From positions 1-38,417 of the forward strand of contig JAJYHF010000035.1 of assembly GCA_021784875.1 (NCBI GenBank): a DNA stretch of 38,417 bases, written 5' to 3'. The stretch comes from a bacterium (GTDB lineage Bacteria > Patescibacteriota > Minisyncoccia > Phycocordibacterales > Phycocordibacteraceae). A program made the translations under genes and the position numbers. Shown here one piece after another: positions 16,220 to 24,276 of the stretch. Below the pieces are notes generated by a model that saw nothing but the letters and a program-made list of their open reading frames with translations, did not search any database and was not told the DNA's origin. Within the stretch, counting starts at the first letter, position 1. Each line of letters starts with the position of its first letter.

Positions 16220-17567
16220 GCGGAACCTACAGGAACTTTGGGAGTATGTACTGACGCAGGTCGAGCTTTCCATTTCTTCCGCGAACTTCAAGACTTGGTT
16301 TTCGAACAGTTTCATTGTGAAGATCGGCGAGGATGGTGTGGTCCAAATCGGGGTGCCGAGCCAATTCTTTAAGGATTGGTATGTAAAGAAGTTCAACACC
16401 CTCCTTCTGAAGATATTCAGGGATGTTTCGTATGAATTCCGGAATATCGAATACGTCATCGTGAAGGACGAGCGGCGGAAACCGCCGAAAGAATCTCGCT
16501 CCTCAGCCGCCGGAGCGCTCTCGCTCCCGCTCGATGAGTTCTATATCAATAAGAGCGACAATCTCAACCCGCGCTATACCTTCGACACGTTCGTGATAGG
16601 TTCCTTCAATGCGCTCGCTCATACGGCAGCGCAAGCCGCGCTCACCCGTCCCGGTATCGCTTATAATCCGCTCTTTATCTATGGCGATACCGGCCGCGGG
16701 AAAACGCACCTGATCCAGGCGATCGGTAATCAGTTCAAGAAGTCCTATCCGGGACGGAAAGCGTTCTACCTTACCTCTGAGAAGTTCGCGGTCGATTATA
16801 CCGATGCGCTGCAGGCAGGGACCGCGAACCGCTTCAAGGACCGATATCGCCAGTACGACCTCCTCATCATGGACGACATACAGTTCCTCTCGGGGAAGGA
16901 TAAGACGCAGGAGGAGCTTTTCCATCTCTTCAACGCTCTCCGTGACACGAACAAACAGATCATATTCTCTTCCGACCGATCACCAGCCGCAATCCCGGAC
17001 ATCGCAGAACGGCTTAAAGGGCGCCTCGCGAGCGGTATGGCCGTCGACATCAGCGAACCGGATACGGAGTCACGCATGGAAATCGTGAGGAAGAAAGCCG
17101 CTGCACACGGATTCCTCTTCTCTGACGAGGTCATCGAGCATGTCGCGACCGTGGCGCCCGGCTCGATCCGCGAGCTTGAAGGGATGATCAATTATGTCGT
17201 CTGCCAGGCACAAGCGAAGGGAACCTCTCCTGACATCGCAGAAGTCCGCAACGCGCTCCGTTCCTTCGCTAAACCGGCAAAGAACGTGTCGGTGAAGCAT
17301 GTGGTGGGGAAGGTTGCTGAATTTTATGGCATCGACGAGGAGAGTGTCTATGAAAAGACGCGGCGGCGCGAGGTGGTGCGGCCGCGACAGGTGATCATGT
17401 TCCTTCTGCGCGAAGATTTCAACGTCTCGTATCCGACCATCGGCACGAAGCTTGGCGGTCGCGATCACACGACCGTTATCCACTCCTGTGAGAAGATAAA
17501 GAAGGATATCGTTGTGGATACCGACCTCGCAAAGGAGATCCAATCCATCCGCTCGATACTCGTATGA
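16212..17567 (+). CDS. dnaA: chromosomal replication initiator DnaA
   Basis: 451 aa. GDTGRGKTHL, LLIMDDIQFL, and the C-terminal DNA-binding signature IGTKLGGRDHTTVIHSCEKI. Confidence 0.95.
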   Translation: MDKRNLQELWEYVLTQVELSISSANFKTWFSNSFIVKIGEDGVVQIGVPSQFFKDWYVKKFNTLLLKIFRDVSYEFRNIEYVIVKDERRKPPKESRSSAAGALSLPLDEFYINKSDNLNPRYTFDTFVIGSFNALAHTAAQAALTRPGIAYNPLFIYGDTGRGKTHLIQAIGNQFKKSYPGRKAFYLTSEKFAVDYTDALQAGTANRFKDRYRQYDLLIMDDIQFLSGKDKTQEELFHLFNALRDTNKQIIFSSDRSPAAIPDIAERLKGRLASGMAVDISEPDTESRMEIVRKKAAAHGFLFSDEVIEHVATVAPGSIRELEGMINYVVCQAQAKGTSPDIAEVRNALRSFAKPAKNVSVKHVVGKVAEFYGIDEESVYEKTRRREVVRPRQVIMFLLREDFNVSYPTIGTKLGGRDHTTVIHSCEKIKKDIVVDTDLAKEIQSIRSILV

Positions 17568-17710
17568 TGTTATCCTTGGCATTATCCCCAGCTTTTGAAT
17601 CTACCTTCGGCCGAATACGCGAGGAAAGACGCGCCTCTGACGGCTTTTCCACTTATCCACGCTGCTAATAGGAATGAGTATGAATATCATCATTGATAAA
17701 AAAATATTCT
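17476..17710. promoter_or_regulatory. candidate oriC core: cluster of six DnaA-box-like 9-mers plus an AT-rich stretch
   Basis: TTATCCACT 17476-84. GTATCCACA (minus strand) 17513-21. TTATCCTTG 17570-78. TTATCCCCA 17582-90. TTTTCCACT 17645-53. TTATCCACG 17653-61. AT-rich 17666-17710. Confidence 0.55.
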
Positions 17711-18780
17711 CGGAGGCTGTGCATATCGCAGCGCGGTTCGCGGATAAGAAGAACGCCTCGTTACCCGCGCTCTCATCGATCCTTATCATCGCAGGCGACG
17801 ACGGGATAAAGATGCGCGCCACCAACCTCGAGACCGGCATAGATCTCAAGCTCGCGGGAGAGATGAAGGATGAGGGTGTTGTGGCACTGCCGGCTCTCCT
17901 CCTTCAACAGATCGCTAGCTCCTTATCGCCGAATGGGACGCTCTCACTCGAGCATACCGGCGACATTGTCTCGATAATGAGCGGGAGCGGCAAGAGTTCG
18001 ATCAAGACCGTCGCCTATGACGATTTTCCCTCCATCCCGTTCCCGGAGAACCCGAAAAATAAGATCGTCCTTCCCGGCGTCCTGCTTAAGAACCTTTTTA
18101 CCTCGATCGCGTCCTGTGCCTCGCCCTCGACGATACGCCCTGAGCTTGCGAGCATCTATCTCTCGATCGAAGGCGGCGTCCTGACGGCAGTGGCGACCGA
18201 CTCCTTCCGTCTCGCTGAGAAAAAAGTGCCGTTGGTACAGAAGGGGACGCAAGGGAAGTTCCTCATCCCGGCAAAGAACGCGTTCGACATCGCCGCCGCG
18301 CTCCCCGACGAAGACATCATCATCTCGTTCGACGAACACCAGTGCGCCTTCGTGAGTCCTTCAGGGATGCTCGTCTCGCGCCTCACGAACGCGGTCTATC
18401 CAGACTACCGTCAGATCATCCCGAAGGAATCGATCGTCGAGGCGATCGTGCTCCGTAAGGACTTCGAAGCGGCGCTCAGACAGACGACCATCTTTTCCGA
18501 TTCTTTTCAGAAGGTAGTCTTGCATTTCGATCCGAAGAAAGGGCAGCTCGCGCTCTTCGCGAAGAATACCGATATCGGCGAGTCGTCTGAAGCTCTTACA
18601 GCGAAGGTGTCGGGAAACGCGCTCGACATATCCTTCAACCACCGTTACCTCTCTGCCGCGCTCGCGCTCACGCCGGCGGAAAGCATCACGCTCATGGCAG
18701 CCGGCCCCGGTCGTCCGCTCGTCATTAAGGGCGTCGGCGACACCTCGCTCCTCTATCTCGTCTCGCCGATGAATCAGTAG
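17674..18780 (+). CDS. dnaN: DNA polymerase III beta sliding clamp
   Basis: 368 aa with three-domain beta-clamp-like length and the ...LLYLVSPMNQ C-terminus. Canonical position after dnaA. Confidence 0.92.
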   Translation: MSMNIIIDKKIFSEAVHIAARFADKKNASLPALSSILIIAGDDGIKMRATNLETGIDLKLAGEMKDEGVVALPALLLQQIASSLSPNGTLSLEHTGDIVSIMSGSGKSSIKTVAYDDFPSIPFPENPKNKIVLPGVLLKNLFTSIASCASPSTIRPELASIYLSIEGGVLTAVATDSFRLAEKKVPLVQKGTQGKFLIPAKNAFDIAAALPDEDIIISFDEHQCAFVSPSGMLVSRLTNAVYPDYRQIIPKESIVEAIVLRKDFEAALRQTTIFSDSFQKVVLHFDPKKGQLALFAKNTDIGESSEALTAKVSGNALDISFNHRYLSAALALTPAESITLMAAGPGRPLVIKGVGDTSLLYLVSPMNQ

Positions 18781-18795
18781 AGATTGGTTGTAATA

Positions 18796-21003
18796 TCAAA
18801 TCGCCGGCGAAGTCGTGGCGGAAGGAGAGGAAGAAGCGGTCGAGAGCGGAGCAGAAAGGGGCACCATGAGGGGAGGATTGGCCGCGAAGAGGGCGGGATG
18901 CGAGGCATACCAGGACTGCACGCCGTACTCCCAACGGGAGAACTGCGGATCCTGTGAGGGGTCGCTGGGCGGCGGGCCTTGCGGGTCGTTCCTGTCGGTC
19001 CAGTAGAGGAGGCTGTGCGGGATGACCGTGCCGTTCTTGTCGGGTACCTGCCAGTCGCCGCGGAGCATCGGCGGCACGCTCGAGGATATCTGATCCGGTT
19101 CCCCGAAGTATTCCTTGGGGTATTTCGTGAGCACATAGGCCATGATGTCGTGCCAGGATGGCGCGAGGATCATTCCTGCGATGCTCTTCACCATCGGGCT
19201 GTTGTCATTATTGCCGGCCCAGGTGCCGATAGCGATCGAGGGCGTGTAGCCGATAACCCAGGCGTCGCGTGTGTCGTCAGTGGTGCCGGTCTTCACCGCC
19301 ACGTCATAGCCGGGGAAGTAGAGCGGCGAGTCGAGTGTGTATTCAGGCACGCGGGCGGGGTTGTCCGAAAGCATCGCGTTCATGTCATTTGCGATATTCG
19401 CAGGAAGCACTTGGACCGGATCAGGGGAATATTTGTAGAGTACGTTCTCTTGACCGTCATCGACCTCGAGGATGCCGGTCGGCGTGTTCTTCGTGCCGCT
19501 GTCGGCGAAGGCGGCATAGGCGCCGGTGAGGTCGAGGAGCCGTACTTCGCCGCCGCCGAGCACGACCGTAAGGCCGTACTGGTTCGCGTCGCCGAGGGAG
19601 GTGAGACCCATCGATTTCGCGAGGTTGATGGCATTCTGGATGCCGACGAGATAAAGCATCTTGATCGCGGGGATGTTGATCGACTGCGCGAGCGCGGTCT
19701 CTAAGGTCATCGGACCACGGAACGCGCCATCGTAATTTTGCGGGGCGTAACAAGGCGTGGTGTTGTTCGTTATATCTGAAGGAGCGCAGGCGGTCGAGAA
19801 CTGGGTGGGCGTGTCGAAGACGACCGTGTCGCGGGTGTAGCCCTTCTCGAGCGCGAGCGAGTAGATGAAAGGCTTCATGGTCGAGCCGGGCTGCCTGAGA
19901 GCGAGCGCGGCATTATATTGTCCGTCGGTCGTCGTGCTGAAGAAATCGCTCGATCCCACCATCGCGAGGATCTCGCCGGTCGAGGGCGCAATCGCGACCA
20001 TCGCCTCATTGCTCGCGTTGTCGTTCTTACGCAGGGTCGGAGCGGCATCCTTGATGATCGATTCGGCGTGCGTCTCGAGATCCGCGTCCAAGGTCGTCGT
20101 CACGGTGAGGCCGGAGACGAGCGCTTGGGGACCGTATTGCTGCTTGAGCTGGTCGAGGATATAGAAGACGAAATGCGGCGCGATGATGGTCGTCTTCGTT
20201 CCGGTCGGCGAAAAGGCGACCTTCTCGGCCTTAGCAGCGCTTGCGGTGGCGGCGCTCACGAACCCGAGCGTCTGCATCCGATCGAGGACGAGATCTTTCC
20301 GAGCGTCGAGTTCAGCTCGATGTGATCCATAAGGGGAGTAGTAAGAAGGCGCTTGGATCATCGCGGCGAGATAGGCGGCTTGCGCGAGATCGAGATCCTT
20401 CGCCGCTACGCCGAAATAAGCTTCTGAGGCCGCTTCGACTCCGTACAGCGTCCCGCCATACGGGATGTTGTTGAAATAAGCCTCAAGGATCTGATCCTTG
20501 GAATATTCCTGCTCGAGCTTTATAGCAAGGACCCATTCATGGACCTTGCGCGTGATGCTCTTCTCGTTGGTGAGAAGGGTATTCTTCACGACCTGCTGCG
20601 TGATGGTCGAACCGCCCTGCGCGAGCGAACCGCCGAAGACGTCAGCGATCGCCGCGCGCAGGATCGAGGAGAGGCGGATACCGCCATGCTCATAGAAACT
20701 CGAGTCCTCGATGGCGATGGTCGCCTGGATGCTGTAGGGAGAGACGGCGGAAAGCGGAATGACATCCCGCCGCGCGTCGCGGTTGTAGTCGTAGAGGAGG
20801 ACCTGGCCGGTACGGTCGTATATCTTGGTCGATTGATCGACCTGGCGAGCAGCGAAGGAGCTCATACTTGGCGCCGGCGTGATCGATACGTCGATGAGCA
20901 GGAGACCTGCTACAAGAAAACCGAGGCCGAGAAGGATCAAGACGCCCACCAGGAGCGTGTGCCGCCAGGGAAACGTGCGGTGTCGGGGAGCCATTCCCCG
21001 CAT
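18796..21003 (-). CDS. class A penicillin-binding protein (glycosyltransferase + transpeptidase)
   Basis: GT51 motifs IAIEDSSFYEHGG and GGSTITQQ. Transpeptidase motifs STMKP, SIN and KTGT. N-terminal TM helix and Pro-rich tail. Confidence 0.9.
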   Translation of the reverse strand: MRGMAPRHRTFPWRHTLLVGVLILLGLGFLVAGLLLIDVSITPAPSMSSFAARQVDQSTKIYDRTGQVLLYDYNRDARRDVIPLSAVSPYSIQATIAIEDSSFYEHGGIRLSSILRAAIADVFGGSLAQGGSTITQQVVKNTLLTNEKSITRKVHEWVLAIKLEQEYSKDQILEAYFNNIPYGGTLYGVEAASEAYFGVAAKDLDLAQAAYLAAMIQAPSYYSPYGSHRAELDARKDLVLDRMQTLGFVSAATASAAKAEKVAFSPTGTKTTIIAPHFVFYILDQLKQQYGPQALVSGLTVTTTLDADLETHAESIIKDAAPTLRKNDNASNEAMVAIAPSTGEILAMVGSSDFFSTTTDGQYNAALALRQPGSTMKPFIYSLALEKGYTRDTVVFDTPTQFSTACAPSDITNNTTPCYAPQNYDGAFRGPMTLETALAQSINIPAIKMLYLVGIQNAINLAKSMGLTSLGDANQYGLTVVLGGGEVRLLDLTGAYAAFADSGTKNTPTGILEVDDGQENVLYKYSPDPVQVLPANIANDMNAMLSDNPARVPEYTLDSPLYFPGYDVAVKTGTTDDTRDAWVIGYTPSIAIGTWAGNNDNSPMVKSIAGMILAPSWHDIMAYVLTKYPKEYFGEPDQISSSVPPMLRGDWQVPDKNGTVIPHSLLYWTDRNDPQGPPPSDPSQDPQFSRWEYGVQSWYASHPALFAANPPLMVPLSAPLSTASSSPSATTSPAI

Positions 21004-21031
21004 GGTATCACTTATTCGGTTTCAGTAGGTA

Positions 21032-21190
21032 TCACCCCTCGTCTTCTTCTCCGAGGATAGAGAAACCTTCAAGCTCGTCCCCCTCAGGACTCAGATCCTC
21101 GCCGTCCTCAAGGTCGTCGAGAGCGCCTTCCGGAGGAAGCTCAATTTCCTCGTCGAGAGGATTGTCGAAAAGTTGTTCGTCGTCAGGCAT
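21032..21190 (-). CDS. hyper-acidic 52-aa protein of unknown function
   Basis: MPDDEQLFDNPLDEEIELPPEGALDDLEDGEDLSPEGDELEGFSILGEEDEG. Sits directly upstream of the PBP gene. Coding status is unproven. Confidence 0.35.
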   Translation of the reverse strand: MPDDEQLFDNPLDEEIELPPEGALDDLEDGEDLSPEGDELEGFSILGEEDEG

Positions 21191-21249
21191 ACGGTATAGA
21201 TTTATCAGAAAGACGTTTTCGCGCAAGAGGGTCTCCGCCGGGGTGTGGA

Positions 21250-21726
21250 TTAGTGACGGAGGGGTGCGCTCGCGAGGGCGGCGATGCCGATCGCGATAGC
21301 GTCAAGCTCATCATCGCGGCGCTTCTTCTGCGGGAGTTTGATGAGTTTCGGGACCATGAGTTCGATGGCCTTCTTGTCGGCCGAGCCGTAGCCCGTAACG
21401 GCGAGCTTCACCTCCTGGGGCGAACACTCGACGACCGGGAGGGAAGCGGCGCCGGCGGTGGCGAGGATCGCGCCGCGCGCCTCGGCGACCTTGAGCGCCG
21501 TCTTCGTATTCTTGCTGAAGAAGAGCGTCTCGATGGCGAGCGCGTCGGGCGCGTAGGCGGCGATAGCATCGCCGACAGCACGCAAGACGACCGCGAGGCG
21601 TTCCGCAGTTTCTCCCTTTGGTGGCTCGACGCAGTCGCTCCAGACGAGCGTCGGCCTCGACGGATCGCCCTCGATGACCGCGATGCCGAGTCGGTCGTAG
21701 CCGGGATCAATCGCCAGTATCCGCAT
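21250..21726 (-). CDS. ruvC: crossover junction endodeoxyribonuclease RuvC
   Basis: 158 aa from MRILAIDPGYDRLGIAVIEG ... ETLFFSKN ... DELDAIAIG. The longer track ORF is an upstream extension overlapping yebC. Confidence 0.9.
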   Translation of the reverse strand: MRILAIDPGYDRLGIAVIEGDPSRPTLVWSDCVEPPKGETAERLAVVLRAVGDAIAAYAPDALAIETLFFSKNTKTALKVAEARGAILATAGAASLPVVECSPQEVKLAVTGYGSADKKAIELMVPKLIKLPQKKRRDDELDAIAIGIAALASAPLRH

Positions 21727-22276
21727 CGTCGGTGCTCTCGTAGCCGCGTGCATTAGTGAAGACCGCCTGCACGTCGTCGTGCTCGTCGAGGGCGGAGAGG
21801 ATGTTCGCGAGTTTCTCTTCATCGGCGCCGGCAATCTCGGCGAGCGGCTCGTTCGGGACATACGTCTCGCCCTGTTTGGTGAAGGCCCAGGCGGCCGCAC
21901 CGGGCGCAGCGACCTCGACACCCTGCTTCGAGAGAAGGTGCTTCACCTCCTGGGTGGTGCGGTTCTTGTTGTCGGTGAGCGCGTCGACGATGAGCGCGAC
22001 GCCGCCCGGGCCGTAGGCTTCATACGTGACGCGCTCAAGCGTGCCCGCATCCTTCGAGACGCCCTTGGCCACCGCGCGCTCGATGTTCTCCTTCGGCATG
22101 TTGACCGCCTTGGCGCGCGTGATGGCGGCCGCGAGCCCTGGGTCAGAGAGCGAGCCGCTCGCTTTCTTCGACTCGAGGGTGATGAGCCGTGCATATCTCG
22201 CGAACACCCGGCTCCGCGCCGCATCTGCGACGCCCTTCTGCCTTTTGATTTGTGCCCACTTGGAATGTCCGGACAT
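21707..22276 (-). CDS. yebC: YebC/PmpR-family transcriptional regulator
   Basis: MSGHSKWAQIKRQKGVADAARS... is the invariant N-terminus. 20-nt overlap with ruvC. Confidence 0.92.
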   Translation of the reverse strand: MSGHSKWAQIKRQKGVADAARSRVFARYARLITLESKKASGSLSDPGLAAAITRAKAVNMPKENIERAVAKGVSKDAGTLERVTYEAYGPGGVALIVDALTDNKNRTTQEVKHLLSKQGVEVAAPGAAAWAFTKQGETYVPNEPLAEIAGADEEKLANILSALDEHDDVQAVFTNARGYESTDDADTGD

Positions 22277-22324
22277 GATGGAACTATACCAAAATGGAAA
22301 CGAATTTGTTTCGAAACCCAATTC

Positions 22325-22684
22325 TTACTTGAGATAATGATAAGTATTTACTATTGAAATTACGAAATAACTGAACAACACCAACATGATCAATTTGTCA
22401 GGAAGAACAAAACCGAAACGTTTCTTTAAAGTTCTATTGATAAAATTCTCCCCCTCTTTTCCCAATCGTAAACGCAATCTCAATTTATCCTCAATAATAG
22501 TCAGAGGGCAATTTACAAAGAATATAATTTCAAGGCCTACAACAACCAAATAGAAAATAGTAAAGAAAAACTTAAAAGGATTTAAAAATATTAAAAACAA
22601 ACCTAAAAAACCTACGACAAGAATCGCCGTATGAATTGACACAACGGATTTCAAAACAAATAAACTAATTTTTTGTCGTTGCAT
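22325..22684 (-). CDS. DUF2784-like small membrane protein in a very AT-rich insert
   Basis: 119 aa, about 4 TM helices, and a CPLTIIEDKLRLR motif resembling the CPLT..E..LR signature I recall for DUF2784. GC is about 30 % by eye. Confidence 0.6.
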   Translation of the reverse strand: MQRQKISLFVLKSVVSIHTAILVVGFLGLFLIFLNPFKFFFTIFYLVVVGLEIIFFVNCPLTIIEDKLRLRLRLGKEGENFINRTLKKRFGFVLPDKLIMLVLFSYFVISIVNTYHYLK

Positions 22685-23657
22685 CTAGATATTCCCGCCC
22701 CTTCATAGTGAGGATGCGGCCGCGGGGGGAACGCTCGATAAAGCCGAGGCGCAGAAGATAGGGCTCATAGACGTGCTCGACGGTTTCGGGTTCCTCATGG
22801 AGCGCGGCTGCAATTGCGCGGACGCCGGCCGGGCCGCCACGGAAGCCTTCGAGAAGAGTCGAGAGATAGCGGCGATCGTCCTTGGTGAGTCCGAGCGCGT
22901 CGATGCCGAAGAGTTCGCAGGCCTCGTCGGTAAGCGCGGAGGAGAGCGGTTTCTCGTGGACTTCAGCGTAGTCACGGACGCGTTTCAGGAGTGCGTTACC
23001 CACGCGCGGAGTCGCGCGGCTTCGCGCAGCGATTGAGGCGATTGTCTCCTCCGGCGCGTCGAGGCCGAGGAGCGCGGCCGAGCGGCGGATGATCGCGCGC
23101 AGGTCCTCGTCTCCGTAGAGGTCGAGCTGATAGGTGCCGCCGCCGAAGCGCGAGCGCAGCGGGCCCGAGAGCTCGGCGACGCGGGTCGTCGCGCCGACGA
23201 GCGTGAAGGGCGGGAGCGCGAGCTCGACCGTGCGTGCCGAAGGACCCTTGCCGAGGATGATGTCGAGGTGGCCGGACTCGAGGGCGGGGTAGAGGAGCTC
23301 CTCGATCTTGCGCGAGAGGCGATGGATCTCGTCGATGAAGAGGACGGTGTTCGGGTCGAGGTTGGTGAGGATGGCGGCGAGGTCGCCGGCGCGCTCGATC
23401 GCGACGCCGGAGGTCGTCTTCAAGGGTGATTCAAGCGTCGCGGCGACGAGGTGGGCGAGGGTTGTCTTCCCGACGCCCGGCGGGCCATAGAAGAGGAGGT
23501 GTTCCGGCATACTGCCGCGCTTCTTGGCGGCGTCGAGGGAGATCCGAATACTCGCTTTCACCTGCGCCTGGCCGACATATTCATCCCACGAAGCGGGGCG
23601 GAGAGCCGCATCGAGCGAGGCAGCGGGCAAGGAGGACTTCTCAGGGGGGGTTGACAT
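22665..23657 (-). CDS. ruvB: Holliday junction branch migration ATPase RuvB
   Basis: LLFYGPPGVGKTTLA, VLFIDEIHRL, TLVGATTR, plus a winged-helix C-terminus. Confidence 0.95.
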   Translation of the reverse strand: MSTPPEKSSLPAASLDAALRPASWDEYVGQAQVKASIRISLDAAKKRGSMPEHLLFYGPPGVGKTTLAHLVAATLESPLKTTSGVAIERAGDLAAILTNLDPNTVLFIDEIHRLSRKIEELLYPALESGHLDIILGKGPSARTVELALPPFTLVGATTRVAELSGPLRSRFGGGTYQLDLYGDEDLRAIIRRSAALLGLDAPEETIASIAARSRATPRVGNALLKRVRDYAEVHEKPLSSALTDEACELFGIDALGLTKDDRRYLSTLLEGFRGGPAGVRAIAAALHEEPETVEHVYEPYLLRLGFIERSPRGRILTMKGREYLDATTKN

Positions 23658-23679
23658 AAAAAACCGGTGGTGCTATATA
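23651..23679 (+). promoter_or_regulatory. near-consensus sigma70-type promoter pointing away from ruvB into the ORF-free region
   Basis: TTGACA (23651-23656), exactly 17-nt spacer, TATATA (23674-23679). The -35 element overlaps the ruvB start codon on the other strand. Confidence 0.5.
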
Positions 23680-23692
23680 TGATAGCACGGTT
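23662..23692 (-). terminator. hairpin followed by a U-run on the minus strand
   Basis: GTGCTAT/ATAGCAC 7-bp stem (23670-76 / 23682-88) plus an outer AACC/GGTT. A run of six A (23658-63) reads as UUUUUU on the minus strand. This overlaps the plus-strand -10 element, so the two readings compete. Confidence 0.35.
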
Positions 23693-24276
23693 ACTTGATC
23701 CTGTTCATACTCCTCTGGGCAAGGCTTGACGGCTTCGGGCGATTCCCCAAGGACTCTCTGGTCCGGCACTTCGGTGCTGGCACTGGGGATCTCCTCAGGT
23801 GCTTCGTCTACCCGGCATTTCGCCGGTTTTTGCCCTGAGGAGTACGGACGGGATTTTGTTTTTCTGGCATCAAGATATCAGATCGGTATGAAAATGAACG
23901 ACCGCGGCTTTCAAAGCCCGCGGTCGAATGTGAACGAAAGAGCGGCTACCAGACGATAGGAACGGTGCGAGTGTTTACCCGGTAACCGAGCCTTTCACTT
24001 ATGATGACGGCCATCCTAAGTATGGTATTTTTGCAGCATTTTTTGGGAAAGATGCTCACACTCCCGTGTTTATTTTTATGAATTCTCCCTGCCTCGCCAC
24101 CAAGGCTTTTGCGTAAGCTGGGCAGGGCTTCGTTCGGTATTCCGTAGAACACGAAAAACAAAACCCCTTTGTACCTTTTTACGCCTCCAATGACGGGTGG
24201 CGCCCCCTCTTCTCCCGGCTTTCCTGTAACCATAACTCTCCTTTCCCACTGAAAAGTTCAACATCCCCAAGGATGT
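23686..24276 (+). ncRNA. candidate large structured RNA(s); family not recognised, strand and ends uncertain
   Basis: 713 nt lie between ruvB and pilB with no credible ORF. GC is about 48 % by eye. Hairpins are many, including a canonical cUUCGg tetraloop hairpin with a G-U pair that exists only on the plus strand (23763-23780). GGTTAC (23689-94) is complementary to GTAACC (24227-32). Confidence 0.3.
23812..23831 (+). terminator. intrinsic-terminator-like hairpin about 145 nt downstream of the promoter
   Basis: CCGGC-AUUUC-GCCGG followed by TTTTT (23827-23831). Confidence 0.35.

Noticed and set aside
21250-21921. N-terminal extensions of track ORFs (ruvC to 21921, yebC to 22321, murE-like to 35177, ruvA to 35658, rnpA to 16135, tsaE from 26904, polA from 27562, AdoMetDC-like to 36442).
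   Set aside because: The extensions overlap the upstream gene and are Arg/Pro-rich junk. The conserved family N-termini begin at the internal start codons used in the feature table.
24001-24081. 26-codon hydrophobic ORF (MMTAILSMVFLQHFLGKMLTLPCLFL) inside the structured region, possibly a type I toxin.
   Set aside because: It has no SD, no charged tail and no recognisable family. It is easily produced by chance in T-rich sequence. I keep it only as a remote alternative explanation for the structured RNA.
23690-24240. RNase P RNA on the minus strand. The reverse complement of 24214-24225 reads AGGAAAGCCGGG, close to the CR-I motif GAGGAAAGUCCGGGC, and GUGAAAGG and GGGUAAAC-like strings lie further on.
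   Set aside because: The universally conserved bulged U of P4 is missing. No complementary P4 3' strand or ACAGAA..CCGGCUUA (CR-V) exists on that strand. The remaining conserved regions do not line up. The plus strand also fails, as it lacks GGAAAG. Only a covariance-model scan could revive this call.
23686-24240. tmRNA (ssrA). The GAUCCUGUUCAUAC near the 5' end vaguely resembles the GAUUCUGGAUUCGAC region. GGTTAC...GTAACCA could mimic an acceptor stem, and one short frame ends ...ERAATRR*.
   Set aside because: No T-arm (GGUUCGAnUCC-like) lies next to the putative acceptor 3' strand. There is no G3-U70 pair. The candidate tag does not end in the usual hydrophobic Ala-rich motif.
23750-24240. 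SRP RNA, 6S RNA, and cobalamin or TPP riboswitch resemblances (GGUCCGG, GGAA.GCCGG.GAGAAG, CAGAUCGGUAUG).
   Set aside because: Only short partial matches were found. The diagnostic elements are absent: the GNRA-capped helix 8 with AGCA loop, the B12 box GCCACUG, and the TPP CUGAGA..ACCUGAUCUGGAUAAUGCCAGCG. No regulated gene lies downstream on the plus strand.
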